Shown here: positions 28,520-37,794 of the stretch, one piece after another
How the letters are laid out: every line of letters begins with the position of its first letter
Position numbering within the stretch: position 1 is the stretch's first letter
Assembly (NCBI GenBank): GCA_963663385.2
Contig: CAXXXD010000001.1
Coordinates: 512,001 to 576,000, forward strand
Direction: 5' to 3'
DNA: 64,000 bases
Source of the DNA: Oceanispirochaeta sp.
GTDB lineage: Bacteria; Spirochaetota; Spirochaetia; DSM-2461
The notes under the pieces: model-generated
Seen by the model: only the letters and a program-made list of their open reading frames with translations
What the model was told of the DNA's origin: nothing
Databases searched by the model: none
Translations under genes and position numbers: made by a program

Positions 28520-29626
28520 CTAACTTTTAAGTAAAACCCGTTCCGCCAGCACCGCAGCTCCCACCAGATTGGGGTTCATATTCTTTTCATCCAGTATGGA
28601 GGGCCGGAGGTAACTCATAATCCCCATCTTTCCCAGCAGCCGCTGGCAGGAGGGACCAAAGTAGGGTAGGGCATAACTCGGCTTTCCTCCCAGAAAAATC
28701 GGGATGCCTTCAGGGATGTCGTCCCTGGCCGCGGCTTTCAGCATATGCTTTGTCGCCTCCGCCAGGATCTTTCCATAGAGCCTGTCAGTTAAAATAGCCG
28801 ACTCTACACGCATGTTGGAAAGCTTGCTGATATGCTGCCCTGCTACAGAGGGGTCGTTGATCTGCTTTACCTCATGTATATCCAGAAAGCGTTCGTAGAA
28901 GGTATCATCCCCTACGATCGCCCGGAAAAGACGGCAGCGGCCGGGTCCGGACAGAATGACCTCCGCCCTCAGGGTGTCCGGGTTGCCTCCCGGTCCCAGA
29001 ATAACCGATTCCGGAAGGTCGGGATCGTCCTTCAGGTACTCTTCAAACAGATCGTAGGAGGCTCCCACTTCCAGAAACAGCAGGCGCAGCCGGTGCTTCT
29101 GCAGGGGAATGGCATAGCCCGGTTCATTGGTGTAATGCAGGCTGGAATCCCGGCCGTCCCAGTCATGGGCGGGGAAACGGACCTCTCCCTCCCGGCTGAT
29201 CCAGGCGCCGCCCCATCCGCCGCCGAAAACCCAGAAGAGGAGCTCCGTCTTCAGGATGCTCCACTCTGCCAGAGCGCCCGTATTGGCATCGTTATCGATG
29301 GCCGCGGGAACCTGGAACGCTTCCTCTAGAGCCTTGCGTATATTATGCCCGTTATACCGGGCGCAGTTGGCAAAGAGCTGAAAACCGCCGTCGGAACTGA
29401 GTATCCCCGCAGAGGAGATCCCTATGGAAAGCACTTTGCCGTGCGGAGGCAGGGCCTTCCGGATGGTATCTGCCATATGAGAACTGAAGTCCTCGAAATC
29501 CAGAGAGTACTCCTCAATGCCCAGCAGCTCTTCAGATACCTTCTCCTGGTTTTTATTGAAACAGGCAATTTTGGCGCCCCGTCCGGCTCCTATATCCACC
29601 GCAGCATAGTAGTGATCATGACTCAT
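28520..29626 (-). CDS. ROK-family protein (sugar-kinase-like)
   Basis: AVDIGAG, IGISSAG, IDNDANTGALAE and GGGWGGA motifs. Confidence 0.75.
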   Translation of the reverse strand: MSHDHYYAAVDIGAGRGAKIACFNKNQEKVSEELLGIEEYSLDFEDFSSHMADTIRKALPPHGKVLSIGISSAGILSSDGGFQLFANCARYNGHNIRKALEEAFQVPAAIDNDANTGALAEWSILKTELLFWVFGGGWGGAWISREGEVRFPAHDWDGRDSSLHYTNEPGYAIPLQKHRLRLLFLEVGASYDLFEEYLKDDPDLPESVILGPGGNPDTLRAEVILSGPGRCRLFRAIVGDDTFYERFLDIHEVKQINDPSVAGQHISKLSNMRVESAILTDRLYGKILAEATKHMLKAAARDDIPEGIPIFLGGKPSYALPYFGPSCQRLLGKMGIMSYLRPSILDEKNMNPNLVGAAVLAERVLLKS

Positions 29627-29659
29627 GGCAGTCTCCTTCCTGTAAGTATATCATGCTGA

Positions 29660-30376
29660 TTAGAATTGTATTTCCCTGAGTACCCTGTCCAGTTCGTCTG
29701 CCAGAAGAGCGGCTCCGTTTCTATTCAAATGAACCCCGTCTGTTGTAAGGTGCAGCCCCCTGGACTCGGATACTTCCTCCGGAGCTGCTGCAGCCATATC
29801 AGCGGGAGAACTGAAAAGCCAGTCCGATCCGGGCTGCAGGGGAAGAAGCGCCGCTTCTGTGGCCTTTCCCATATCGGCCAGGTGGATGTGCAATTCATCT
29901 CCTCCCGAGTTCTGCAAACTCCGGATCTCCCGGTTCAGATGGTGTCGTTGTCTGTTCAGAGGATGAGTCAGATTTTCTGTAAGGTTTGGAATTGTCATCA
30001 GAATCAGATGTTTTATTCCGGCTTCCCTAATCAGATTCAGAATCTCCTCGAGACAGGCTCGGAATTCCTGCCTGTTTTCTACCGGGATACTCCCATGCCG
30101 GGCCAGTTTGCGGAAAAAGGGTCCCCACTCCTTTTGGTGGTGTCTGGTCATATAGGGGATCAGCAGATCATTCCCGCCTCCGTCAAGGATCAGAATATCC
30201 GGAGTAGACTGTGATTCCAGATAGCTTTTCAGATTACGGAGGATTCCCTTCAGGGGTGCTCCGTCCTGCCCATGGTTGATCAGTTTGAACCTTTGGATTT
30301 CCCGGGAGTATTCCAGAAAGGATTCTCCAATATTTCCGGCAATCAGGCTGTCCCCCAGGGCCAGTACTTTTTTCAT
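29660..30376 (-). CDS. SGNH/GDSL hydrolase
   Basis: LGDSL, GGND and DGVHLN motifs. Confidence 0.9.
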   Translation of the reverse strand: MKKVLALGDSLIAGNIGESFLEYSREIQRFKLINHGQDGAPLKGILRNLKSYLESQSTPDILILDGGGNDLLIPYMTRHHQKEWGPFFRKLARHGSIPVENRQEFRACLEEILNLIREAGIKHLILMTIPNLTENLTHPLNRQRHHLNREIRSLQNSGGDELHIHLADMGKATEAALLPLQPGSDWLFSSPADMAAAAPEEVSESRGLHLTTDGVHLNRNGAALLADELDRVLREIQF

Positions 30377-33300
30377 CTAACTTACTCCTCCCTCTTTCCA
30401 GCTGCAGTGGATCCGGCTGCCTTTCTCGGGCTGACGGCTGATTCCAAGCCATACATCCAGGTCCTGTCTCATCTCTTCCACATGGGATATAAGGCCTATG
30501 ATGCGGCCTTCCCGGCTGATCTGCCTGAGGGTCTCCATAACGGTCTCCAGGGTGTCCTTATCAAGGGTTCCAAAGCCTTCATCCAGAAAGAAGAAGTGAT
30601 CTTTTCCCTTCCCGGTCTGTTCTGCCAGAGCCAGGGCCAGAGAGAGGGCCGCCTGAAAAGTCTGTCCCCCCGAGAGGGTTTTGACAAACCGGGTTTTCCC
30701 CTCATTCAGATAGTCTCTTACCAGTATGACATTCTCTTCAAATACCAGTTCAAGGGTTCTTCCGCTGAGGGGGAAGAACCTTTCGTTGGCCCGGTGACAA
30801 ATTTCCTGAAGATAGATGGCGGCAATATACTCTGTAAATTTCTTCCCTTTAAACAAGCCGGTCAGCTCCTTGAGGTTCTCTTCCCGGATCAGTGTTTTCT
30901 TCAGGGCCTCTCCGGACCTGGCTTTTTCTTTCAGCCCAGAATTCAGATCCTCTCTCTGTTTTTCCATGGCTCCGCGGGAGGCTGTCAGCCTGTTTCTTTC
31001 AGCTTCTGCTTCTCCGATCAGGTTCCTGAGGGATAGAAGTTCCTCTTCCTTAAAAGGGCGGTCAGCCAGAAGAATCTCCAGCTGATTCAGACGATTCTCC
31101 AGGATAGTGCGTTCCTTTGTAAAATGCTCAATGGCTTTCTCTTCCTGTTCTATATTCAGATTCATGGTAAGGATCTGTTCAGCTTTCTGCAGCTCTTTCA
31201 ATCCGCTTTTCTCCAGGGCTTTCCGGATGGATTCAGTCTGTTCGGCTCCTCTCCGATTCAGATCTTCCAGCAAAGCCTCTATGGTATTCAGTTCATTCTC
31301 CGTTTTCCCAAGGGCTTTTTCCCTGATATCTTTCAGTTCAAGGGCCCGGGGATACTCCCGTTCGAGCCGGTTCAGATGATCCCGGAGTCGCTGCTGCTCC
31401 ATTCCGGCATTTTCGGGAAGGATTGTTTTATGCTCTTTGGATAACTGTTCCCGCCAGGTTGCTTCTGCTGCGCTCAGCTTTCCCAGCTCCAGATTGATCT
31501 CCTGTTCTCTTTTTTTGACAGATTCAGATGCTTCATGAAAATCTTTTAATTTCCCGTCAAGAATCTTGAGCTTCTGATAGTCCTCCCTGAGGTTTGCCTG
31601 AAGGGATTGGGCTTTTCTCTTATAGCGTTGAAATTCTTCCGGTTCATCAGCCTTATGGCCCTCCCAGAGAAAGGCGTTCAACTGCCCATTCAGGCGCTCT
31701 TCCATTTCTGCCAGCTGCTTTTCACAGTCAGGGAGCTTCCGGTTTATCCTGTCTCTGCCGTCGGTATAGCGGTTCCATATTTTCTGCAGGGCGGATAGTT
31801 TCTGTTCTATTTCAAGGAGCTCCCGGTCTGATGAGGCAAGAGCCTCCTCCTGTTTATCGAACGCTCCCGCGGAAAGCGGCTGGGGATGATCCAGAGACCC
31901 GCAGACAGGGCAGGCTTGTCCCTCTTTCAGTTCTCCTGACAGGGCAATCAGTCTCTTTTCAGTTTGCAGGCGAACCTCTTTTTCGTTCTGTTCCTGCTTC
32001 CGTATATTCAGATCTGCCGTTTTCTTTTCAATAAGATCCAGGAAGAGTTTCTCCATGCTCTCCGTATCGGGAGAGTGAGTCCCGGGTTTCAATTCAGATC
32101 TGAGGGATTCGGACAGCTCCAGTTTCTCTTTCTGAAATTCTTTCACCTCATTTTTATGAATATCCCTGTTTTTCTGAAGTCGTTCATTTGTTATGAACCA
32201 CTCTTCCATCTGATGAAGTTCCTCCCAGTCCGGAAGATCTTTCTCCTTTTCATCTATCTCTGATTGAATTTTCTCCCTCTGGCTGCCTAGTTCCTTTTCC
32301 TGCTGACGACAGGTCAACAGTTCATTCTCCAGAGAGGATTTCTCTTCTTTTATTGTTTCAGTCTTTGTCTGAATCCGGTAGATTTCACAGGCTGCATTAT
32401 AAGATCTGAGGAGCGTATTGAGTTTCTCTTTCTTCTCCCAGGAGGATTTGAGATTTTCCCAGGCCGGTTTGTTTTCACTCTCCTCTTTCAGGAGGGCAGC
32501 CTGTTTTAAAAGAAGCTGCTGTTTATGTTTCTCTTTTAATGAAACATCTTCTTCCAGAGACTTTTTCTGCTGAAGAAGCAGATGAAATCCGGCATGAATC
32601 TCCTTGTAGAGGTTCAGTCTTTCCTGCCGCTCTTTAAATTCCGGAATCCGCAGCTGAAGGGAATTCTGTTTCCGAAGCAGCTGTTTCCGCTCCAGATAGA
32701 GTGCTGAACTCTCTTCCAGAACCTTGAATTCCTCTTTCTGCTGAATGAGTCGTGTTTCCAGAGTCTTCAGCTCGTTCCTGAGAATCTGCAGTTCCTGATC
32801 CAGCCGGGTCAGATCCTCTGTACGGAATTTTTCCAGCTCTTCCATCCGTCCCTGCTGAAAGGCTCTGTCGGAACGTACCTTGGAAAGAAGGGAGGCGCTT
32901 TTTCCGTATAGATTGAATTTTTCAAGATTAAAGAGGGATTCGATCATCCCCGTTCTCTGGGAAGGGGTTAACTGGATAAACTCCTGGAACTTTCCCTGGG
33001 GAATAATAACCGTACGGCGAAAATGTTCGTAGGAAAGCCCCAGCAGGGATTCGGCTGTTACGCCTCCGCGGATATTCTGATCTTCCAGGGGAATCCATTC
33101 TTCCCCGTTCCGGCGGTATCCCTGCCGTTCCGGTGTGGATATCACGTCAAAGTTCTTTTTCTGTCTTTTTGCGGATACCGTAAAGCGGTAAAGGGATTTT
33201 TCATGGGAAAACTCAAAGTCGATAAACATCCTGTCCGACTGGAGGTTCATCATATTGTATCCCCGCTGTTCCGTCTGACTCAGCCGCTCGATCTGCCCGT

Positions 33301-33457
33301 ACAGGGCATAGGTCATGGATTCCAGAATGGCGGATTTTCCCGATCCCACAGGCCCGAAGATACCGAAGATCCCTCCTCCTGTGAGAGACTGAAAATCGAT
33401 AGTCTGTTTTTCCCGGTAGGAGTATACCCCCTCGAGGCTCAGTTTCCGGGGGATCAT
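30377..33457 (-). CDS. sbcC: SbcC SMC-like ATPase
   Basis: GPVGSGKS, long coiled coil, CPVCGS zinc hook, LSGGQ and FFLDEGFGTLD. Confidence 0.93.
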   Translation of the reverse strand: MIPRKLSLEGVYSYREKQTIDFQSLTGGGIFGIFGPVGSGKSAILESMTYALYGQIERLSQTEQRGYNMMNLQSDRMFIDFEFSHEKSLYRFTVSAKRQKKNFDVISTPERQGYRRNGEEWIPLEDQNIRGGVTAESLLGLSYEHFRRTVIIPQGKFQEFIQLTPSQRTGMIESLFNLEKFNLYGKSASLLSKVRSDRAFQQGRMEELEKFRTEDLTRLDQELQILRNELKTLETRLIQQKEEFKVLEESSALYLERKQLLRKQNSLQLRIPEFKERQERLNLYKEIHAGFHLLLQQKKSLEEDVSLKEKHKQQLLLKQAALLKEESENKPAWENLKSSWEKKEKLNTLLRSYNAACEIYRIQTKTETIKEEKSSLENELLTCRQQEKELGSQREKIQSEIDEKEKDLPDWEELHQMEEWFITNERLQKNRDIHKNEVKEFQKEKLELSESLRSELKPGTHSPDTESMEKLFLDLIEKKTADLNIRKQEQNEKEVRLQTEKRLIALSGELKEGQACPVCGSLDHPQPLSAGAFDKQEEALASSDRELLEIEQKLSALQKIWNRYTDGRDRINRKLPDCEKQLAEMEERLNGQLNAFLWEGHKADEPEEFQRYKRKAQSLQANLREDYQKLKILDGKLKDFHEASESVKKREQEINLELGKLSAAEATWREQLSKEHKTILPENAGMEQQRLRDHLNRLEREYPRALELKDIREKALGKTENELNTIEALLEDLNRRGAEQTESIRKALEKSGLKELQKAEQILTMNLNIEQEEKAIEHFTKERTILENRLNQLEILLADRPFKEEELLSLRNLIGEAEAERNRLTASRGAMEKQREDLNSGLKEKARSGEALKKTLIREENLKELTGLFKGKKFTEYIAAIYLQEICHRANERFFPLSGRTLELVFEENVILVRDYLNEGKTRFVKTLSGGQTFQAALSLALALAEQTGKGKDHFFFLDEGFGTLDKDTLETVMETLRQISREGRIIGLISHVEEMRQDLDVWLGISRQPEKGSRIHCSWKEGGVS

Positions 33458-34680
33458 GATGGTTCCTCCCCGGCCAGTATTTCATCAAAAAGGGCCATCA
33501 GTTCTTCGCTCGGTTCCAGATTCTGTCTGCAGTGACGGTAGTACTCTCTAAACAGCTCCTTTACCGGTTTGGACAGGATGGCTGCGCTTCTCTCCGTTGG
33601 AAAGGCATCTTCTTTTTCCAGAACGGGTATTACAGACAGGATCCGGGGATGAGAGTGGAGGAGCTTCTGCTTTTCCGAACCTGAAATATAGTCTCCGGTT
33701 TTCATAATCAGCTCTATGTAGCCTTCAGGATGATCCTTCAGCCACTCAACCGCTTCTTCGGTGCTCCGGAAGGTCTCTCGGTAGAGGGGCCAGGGGCTTT
33801 TCAGCTGATGGAAACGGAAAGAGGCTTTTTTCCCCGGTCTGATCTCTGTCAGAACAACGCATTTCTTCCCTTTCAGTTCGTTCATACTGTATACGGCAGG
33901 ACTTCCCGAATAGACCGTCGGAATTTTCCCGGACAGGGGAAAACCCCTGTGCAGGTGTCCCAAGGCGGCATACTGGCAGTTTTCCGGAAGGTCTTCCGTA
34001 TAGATCCTCTCCAGTCCCCCCGGATGGAGGATGGACTTTTCTCCCTCCGGCTCCTCTTCCTGCAGCAGTTCTCCTCTGCAGCCCATATAAAGATGGGCGG
34101 CCAGGAGGTTTACCGTGACAGGTGTATAATACTTTTCCGCCAGATCCTTCCACTGATCCCTTATCACCTGTCGAAGGGACTCTTCCCTGTCTTCCGTACC
34201 AAGAAATCGCCTCAGTCTTACCTCGTTGGCGTAGGGCGTGCAGATAACCCGGGCCGATTCCCCCGAAGCCAGACCGTCCAGGCAGATGATTCCGGGGGCG
34301 GGAAACCGGACTGTCAGTCCGCCGGAGAAGCCGATATCTCCGGGACGGCTTTCGGGGTAACCCATAAAAAATATCCCGCACTCCCGGGCCAGTGGGTCCG
34401 GGGCTTCTATATGATCCGGCGCATCATGGTTTCCCGCCAGAGCTATCACAGGGGTCGGACCGTCTCCGGCCAGGCGTTTCAGGGTTTTATAGAGGAGCTC
34501 AATGGCTTCATGAGGCGGATTCCATGTGTCATACAGATCTCCCGACAGGATAATCAGGTCCGGTTTCTCACTCTCTTTCAGGGCTATAATCTCCTGAAGG
34601 ATCTCCTCCTGCTCCTTCAGACGGGAGAAGGGTCCGAGTTTTTTGCCGAGATGCCAGTCTGAGCTGTGGAGTATTTTCAT
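33454..34680 (-). CDS. sbcD: SbcD nuclease
   Basis: SDWHLG, GDLYD, GNHD and ALGHLH metallophosphoesterase motifs. Confidence 0.93.
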   Translation of the reverse strand: MKILHSSDWHLGKKLGPFSRLKEQEEILQEIIALKESEKPDLIILSGDLYDTWNPPHEAIELLYKTLKRLAGDGPTPVIALAGNHDAPDHIEAPDPLARECGIFFMGYPESRPGDIGFSGGLTVRFPAPGIICLDGLASGESARVICTPYANEVRLRRFLGTEDREESLRQVIRDQWKDLAEKYYTPVTVNLLAAHLYMGCRGELLQEEEPEGEKSILHPGGLERIYTEDLPENCQYAALGHLHRGFPLSGKIPTVYSGSPAVYSMNELKGKKCVVLTEIRPGKKASFRFHQLKSPWPLYRETFRSTEEAVEWLKDHPEGYIELIMKTGDYISGSEKQKLLHSHPRILSVIPVLEKEDAFPTERSAAILSKPVKELFREYYRHCRQNLEPSEELMALFDEILAGEEPS

Positions 34681-34681
34681 C

Positions 34682-35356
34682 TTATGTCAATGTAAGGGTA
34701 TTCGCCTGATCCATCAACTGCCCGGCAATTTCATACATATTGGAAACCGTACCGATTTTTTTCTCTCCGCTGAGTTTCAGATAGTCCAGGCAGGTTCCGC
34801 AAACCAGAATACGGCAACCATCCTTCTCCAGTGTTTCCAGATCTTTTAAACTTTCCGAACCGGAGCAGGCCAGAGAGACTCCCCCATTCATAAAAATAAG
34901 ACATTCCGGTTTGCTGTCCAGCTGAGTCAGGGTATAGATAAACCCTTTCATCAGCAGTTTTCCCAATTCCCCGTTTCCCCGGCCGATTTCCGGAGCTCCG
35001 ATCATAATGGTTTTGGGAGCCTCCCCCATCCCCTCCAGAGGAGGGGTGCAACTTTCCAATCGCATCTCCCCTTTGGGGAGATTGAGAGGGGTCTCTCTGC
35101 GGGTTCCATCGGAACTGCTTTCGAAATTACCCGGTTCCGCTGTAATGATCCATGAGCTGTTTTCTTCCGGATTATCCTGCCATTGTATATTTTCGACTCC
35201 GGCTTTATTCAGAAAACGGCAGACATTTTCCCGGGCGGCGCTGTTATTAACCAGAATCTCCAGTATCTGGAAATTTTCCTTTTCAAGGGCTTCCTTTGTT
35301 TTTAGAAGAGGGCGGGGGCAGGGGAGATTACGGGCATCCACTGTAAATTTTTTCAT
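34682..35356 (-). CDS. yedF: Selenium metabolism protein YedF (TusA + DsrE-like domains)
   Basis: VDARNLPCPRP, LIFMNGGV, VCGTCLDY and VSNMYEI motifs. Confidence 0.88.
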   Translation of the reverse strand: MKKFTVDARNLPCPRPLLKTKEALEKENFQILEILVNNSAARENVCRFLNKAGVENIQWQDNPEENSSWIITAEPGNFESSSDGTRRETPLNLPKGEMRLESCTPPLEGMGEAPKTIMIGAPEIGRGNGELGKLLMKGFIYTLTQLDSKPECLIFMNGGVSLACSGSESLKDLETLEKDGCRILVCGTCLDYLKLSGEKKIGTVSNMYEIAGQLMDQANTLTLT

Positions 35357-35597
35357 AAAGAGTACTCCTGTTTTCAGATTTTACTATAAGATAGCATTCG
35401 GCATAGGGAAACAGTTCTCCCCTGGCGATCTGTTCGATCTGTTCTTCATCCATAGTCAGTTCCAGACTGAAACCGCACTCAGCAAAAATCTCTGTGGGGG
35501 TCGGGATCAGTCGACTGGATACGGGCTCTTTCTTCATCTTCTTCTCGGCGGATAGGGCCTGATGGGTGGTCTGAAAGGTAAATAGAAAATTATGCAT
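35328..35597 (-). CDS. DUF3343 protein
   Basis: FTFQTTHQALSAEK..LIPTPTEIFAECG; usual neighbour of selD/yedF. Confidence 0.75.
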   Translation of the reverse strand: MHNFLFTFQTTHQALSAEKKMKKEPVSSRLIPTPTEIFAECGFSLELTMDEEQIEQIARGELFPYAECYLIVKSENRSTLYEKIYSGCP

Positions 35598-36630
35598 CGG
35601 CAATAATCCTTCCGCTTCCGGCTTCCACTCGTCCTATTACCGCGGGATTCTGTCCGGCTGCTTCAAGTTCGGCCCGTACAACCTCGGCGTCTTCTTCCGG
35701 GAGGGCGGCCAGCAGACCGCCTGATGTCTGGGGATCAAAGAGCAGATCCACCAGTTCGGGATCGAGCTTCTCCCCGTCTTTCAGCCAGGGAAAGCGGAAC
35801 TCTCTGTTTGTAAATGTACCCTCCGGTACCAAACCCATCCCGATATACTCTTTCACCCCCGGCAGAAGAGGCAGTCTTTGCGTCTCAATCCGGAAGTCGA
35901 CATTTCCCTCCTGGACCATCTCTGCCGCGTGGCCGACCAGCCCGAAACCGGTTATATCTGTCATAGCTGAAACCCGGTGTTTCATAAGCAGTTCCGATGC
36001 TTTTCTGTTAAGGGTTGTCATGGATTTTTCTGCTGCCCGGACCGCTTCGGCAGAAGCCAGCTCCGCTTTCAGGGCTGTGTTGACAGTGCCGGTTCCCAGT
36101 GGCTTGGTCAGGAGCAGTACATCCCCCACGCGGGGTGTGTTGTTTCGGACCGCCTGATCAGGATGTATAATCCCGTTAACGGAAAAGCCGAATTTCAACT
36201 CCTCATCCTTAACGCTGTGTCCTCCCAGAAGAGCGGTTTCCGCTTCTGCCAGGATGTCCAGCCCTCCCTGCATGATTTGCCGGAGCCAGGAAATATCCAG
36301 TTCCTGCTCCGGGAAACAGACGACGCTGACGGCCGTAATGGGGGTTCCTCCCATAGCGTAGATATCCGACAGGGCATTGGCTGCCGCTATTTTGCCAAAC
36401 AGATAGGGGTCGTCCGAGATAGGCGGGAAAAAGTCAATTGTCTGTACCAGAGCTATTTGATCATTCAATCTGTAGACACCTGCATCCTCACTCCCGTGAA
36501 AATCAGAAATCACATTGGGATAATGGGGCTGGCTCATCTGGCAAAGGGCTTTATCCAGCAGAGCAGGCCCCAGTTTGGCTCCGCAGCCGGAAAAACGGGA
36601 ATAGCGGGTTAGTTTAACAGATTCATTCAT
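35590..36630 (-). CDS. selD: Selenide, water dikinase (Cys form)
   Basis: GCGAKL, QTIDFFPP, AANALSDIYAMGG, TDITGFGL and DPQTSGGLL motifs. Confidence 0.96.
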   Translation of the reverse strand: MNESVKLTRYSRFSGCGAKLGPALLDKALCQMSQPHYPNVISDFHGSEDAGVYRLNDQIALVQTIDFFPPISDDPYLFGKIAAANALSDIYAMGGTPITAVSVVCFPEQELDISWLRQIMQGGLDILAEAETALLGGHSVKDEELKFGFSVNGIIHPDQAVRNNTPRVGDVLLLTKPLGTGTVNTALKAELASAEAVRAAEKSMTTLNRKASELLMKHRVSAMTDITGFGLVGHAAEMVQEGNVDFRIETQRLPLLPGVKEYIGMGLVPEGTFTNREFRFPWLKDGEKLDPELVDLLFDPQTSGGLLAALPEEDAEVVRAELEAAGQNPAVIGRVEAGSGRIIADA

Positions 36631-37778
36631 AGACTCTCCTTCAGAAGTTCAATTACCTTGCTGATTTCATGGTTGGTGTTAAAAGGTCCTGATGAAAAGC
36701 GTATGGTACCGCCTCCGTCAAAACTCCTCAGGGTCTGATGAGCCCCCGGAGCGCATTGCAGGCCTGCCCGGACAGCTATATCGTTCTCGTTAAGAATCCC
36801 TGTTAAATCGGACAGGCTCCTGTTCAGGGGATACAGGGAGAGGACTTTTGTGTAGGACAACTGTTCTGTGTTCTGTGGGTGTCCGATTATCTTCAGCTTC
36901 CCCTCCTCTTCCAGCATACGGACTTTATTCAGGAAAAGGGTGAAGGTTTCGTCAGGACCTTCTTCGGTATCCCTGTTTATCAGATAGGCCATACTATGAA
37001 GCCAGCCGGCCAGACCCGGGATATTGGGCGTTCCGCTTTCGAACTTGTCCGGAAGAAAATCCGGCTGGAATTCTTCGTTGGACCGGCTTCCCGTTCCCCC
37101 CCTTTTCAGAGGAGTCAGGGTTTCCGGATCTCTTATATACAAGCCCCCCGTACCGGCTGGAGCCAGAAGTCCCTTATGCCCAGAGAAACAGAAGTAATCG
37201 GCCCCCCATGCCTGGGGATAGAGAGGTGTCTCTCCTGCCGCCTGTGCGGCATCGATACAGATCGGCGTGTTGTAACGGGCGGCAATCCGGCACATCTCCT
37301 CAACGGGAAAAACAATCCCGTTTACATTGGATGCGGCGGTAGTCACAATCAGGCGGGGTTTCTGTTCCCGGATCATCTTTTCGTAGATTTTCAGATCGGG
37401 GAAACCTGTTTCCGGACTGCAGGGAAACTGGTAGAGCGCCAGGTCGTTTCTCTGCTCCAGGTAGCGGAGCGGGCGCATAACCGCGTTATGTTCCATCCGG
37501 GATGTAATAACTCTGTCTCCCCGGTTCAACAGACCGGAGAATACCGTATTCAGGGATTCTGTCGTTCCGTTTGTGAAGACAATACCGGAACTGTCCTCTA
37601 TGCGAAAATACTCTGCCAGACTTTCCCGTAAATCGAAAAGCAGGCGATCCGAGGCTATTCCCGCCTTATGGGAGCTGCGGCCGGGATTCCCTATGGGGTG
37701 GAGGATGGCCATGCTGACGGCATCGGCTGTTCCCGGTGCTTTGGGCCAGGATGTGGCGGCATTGTCCAGGTATATCAC
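36627..37778 (-). CDS. Class V aminotransferase (cysteine desulfurase/selenocysteine lyase-like)
   Basis: IYLDNAATSWPK, DAAQAAG, SGHKGL (PLP Lys) and VRAGLQCAP motifs. Confidence 0.88.
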   Translation of the reverse strand: MIYLDNAATSWPKAPGTADAVSMAILHPIGNPGRSSHKAGIASDRLLFDLRESLAEYFRIEDSSGIVFTNGTTESLNTVFSGLLNRGDRVITSRMEHNAVMRPLRYLEQRNDLALYQFPCSPETGFPDLKIYEKMIREQKPRLIVTTAASNVNGIVFPVEEMCRIAARYNTPICIDAAQAAGETPLYPQAWGADYFCFSGHKGLLAPAGTGGLYIRDPETLTPLKRGGTGSRSNEEFQPDFLPDKFESGTPNIPGLAGWLHSMAYLINRDTEEGPDETFTLFLNKVRMLEEEGKLKIIGHPQNTEQLSYTKVLSLYPLNRSLSDLTGILNENDIAVRAGLQCAPGAHQTLRSFDGGGTIRFSSGPFNTNHEISKVIELLKESL

Positions 37779-37794
37779 GTTTCTGCTTCCTGTC

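Noticed and set aside
33730..34662. 310-aa ORF opposite sbcD and similar long antisense ORFs
   Set aside because: These are shadows of well-supported genes on the other strand.
30377..34680. SMC ATPase plus nuclease as a novel defence system
   Set aside because: Motifs and gene order match ordinary SbcCD.
36580..36600. Possible selenocysteine in SelD
   Set aside because: The active-site codon is TGC (Cys). No in-frame TGA recoding candidate was noticed in the cluster.
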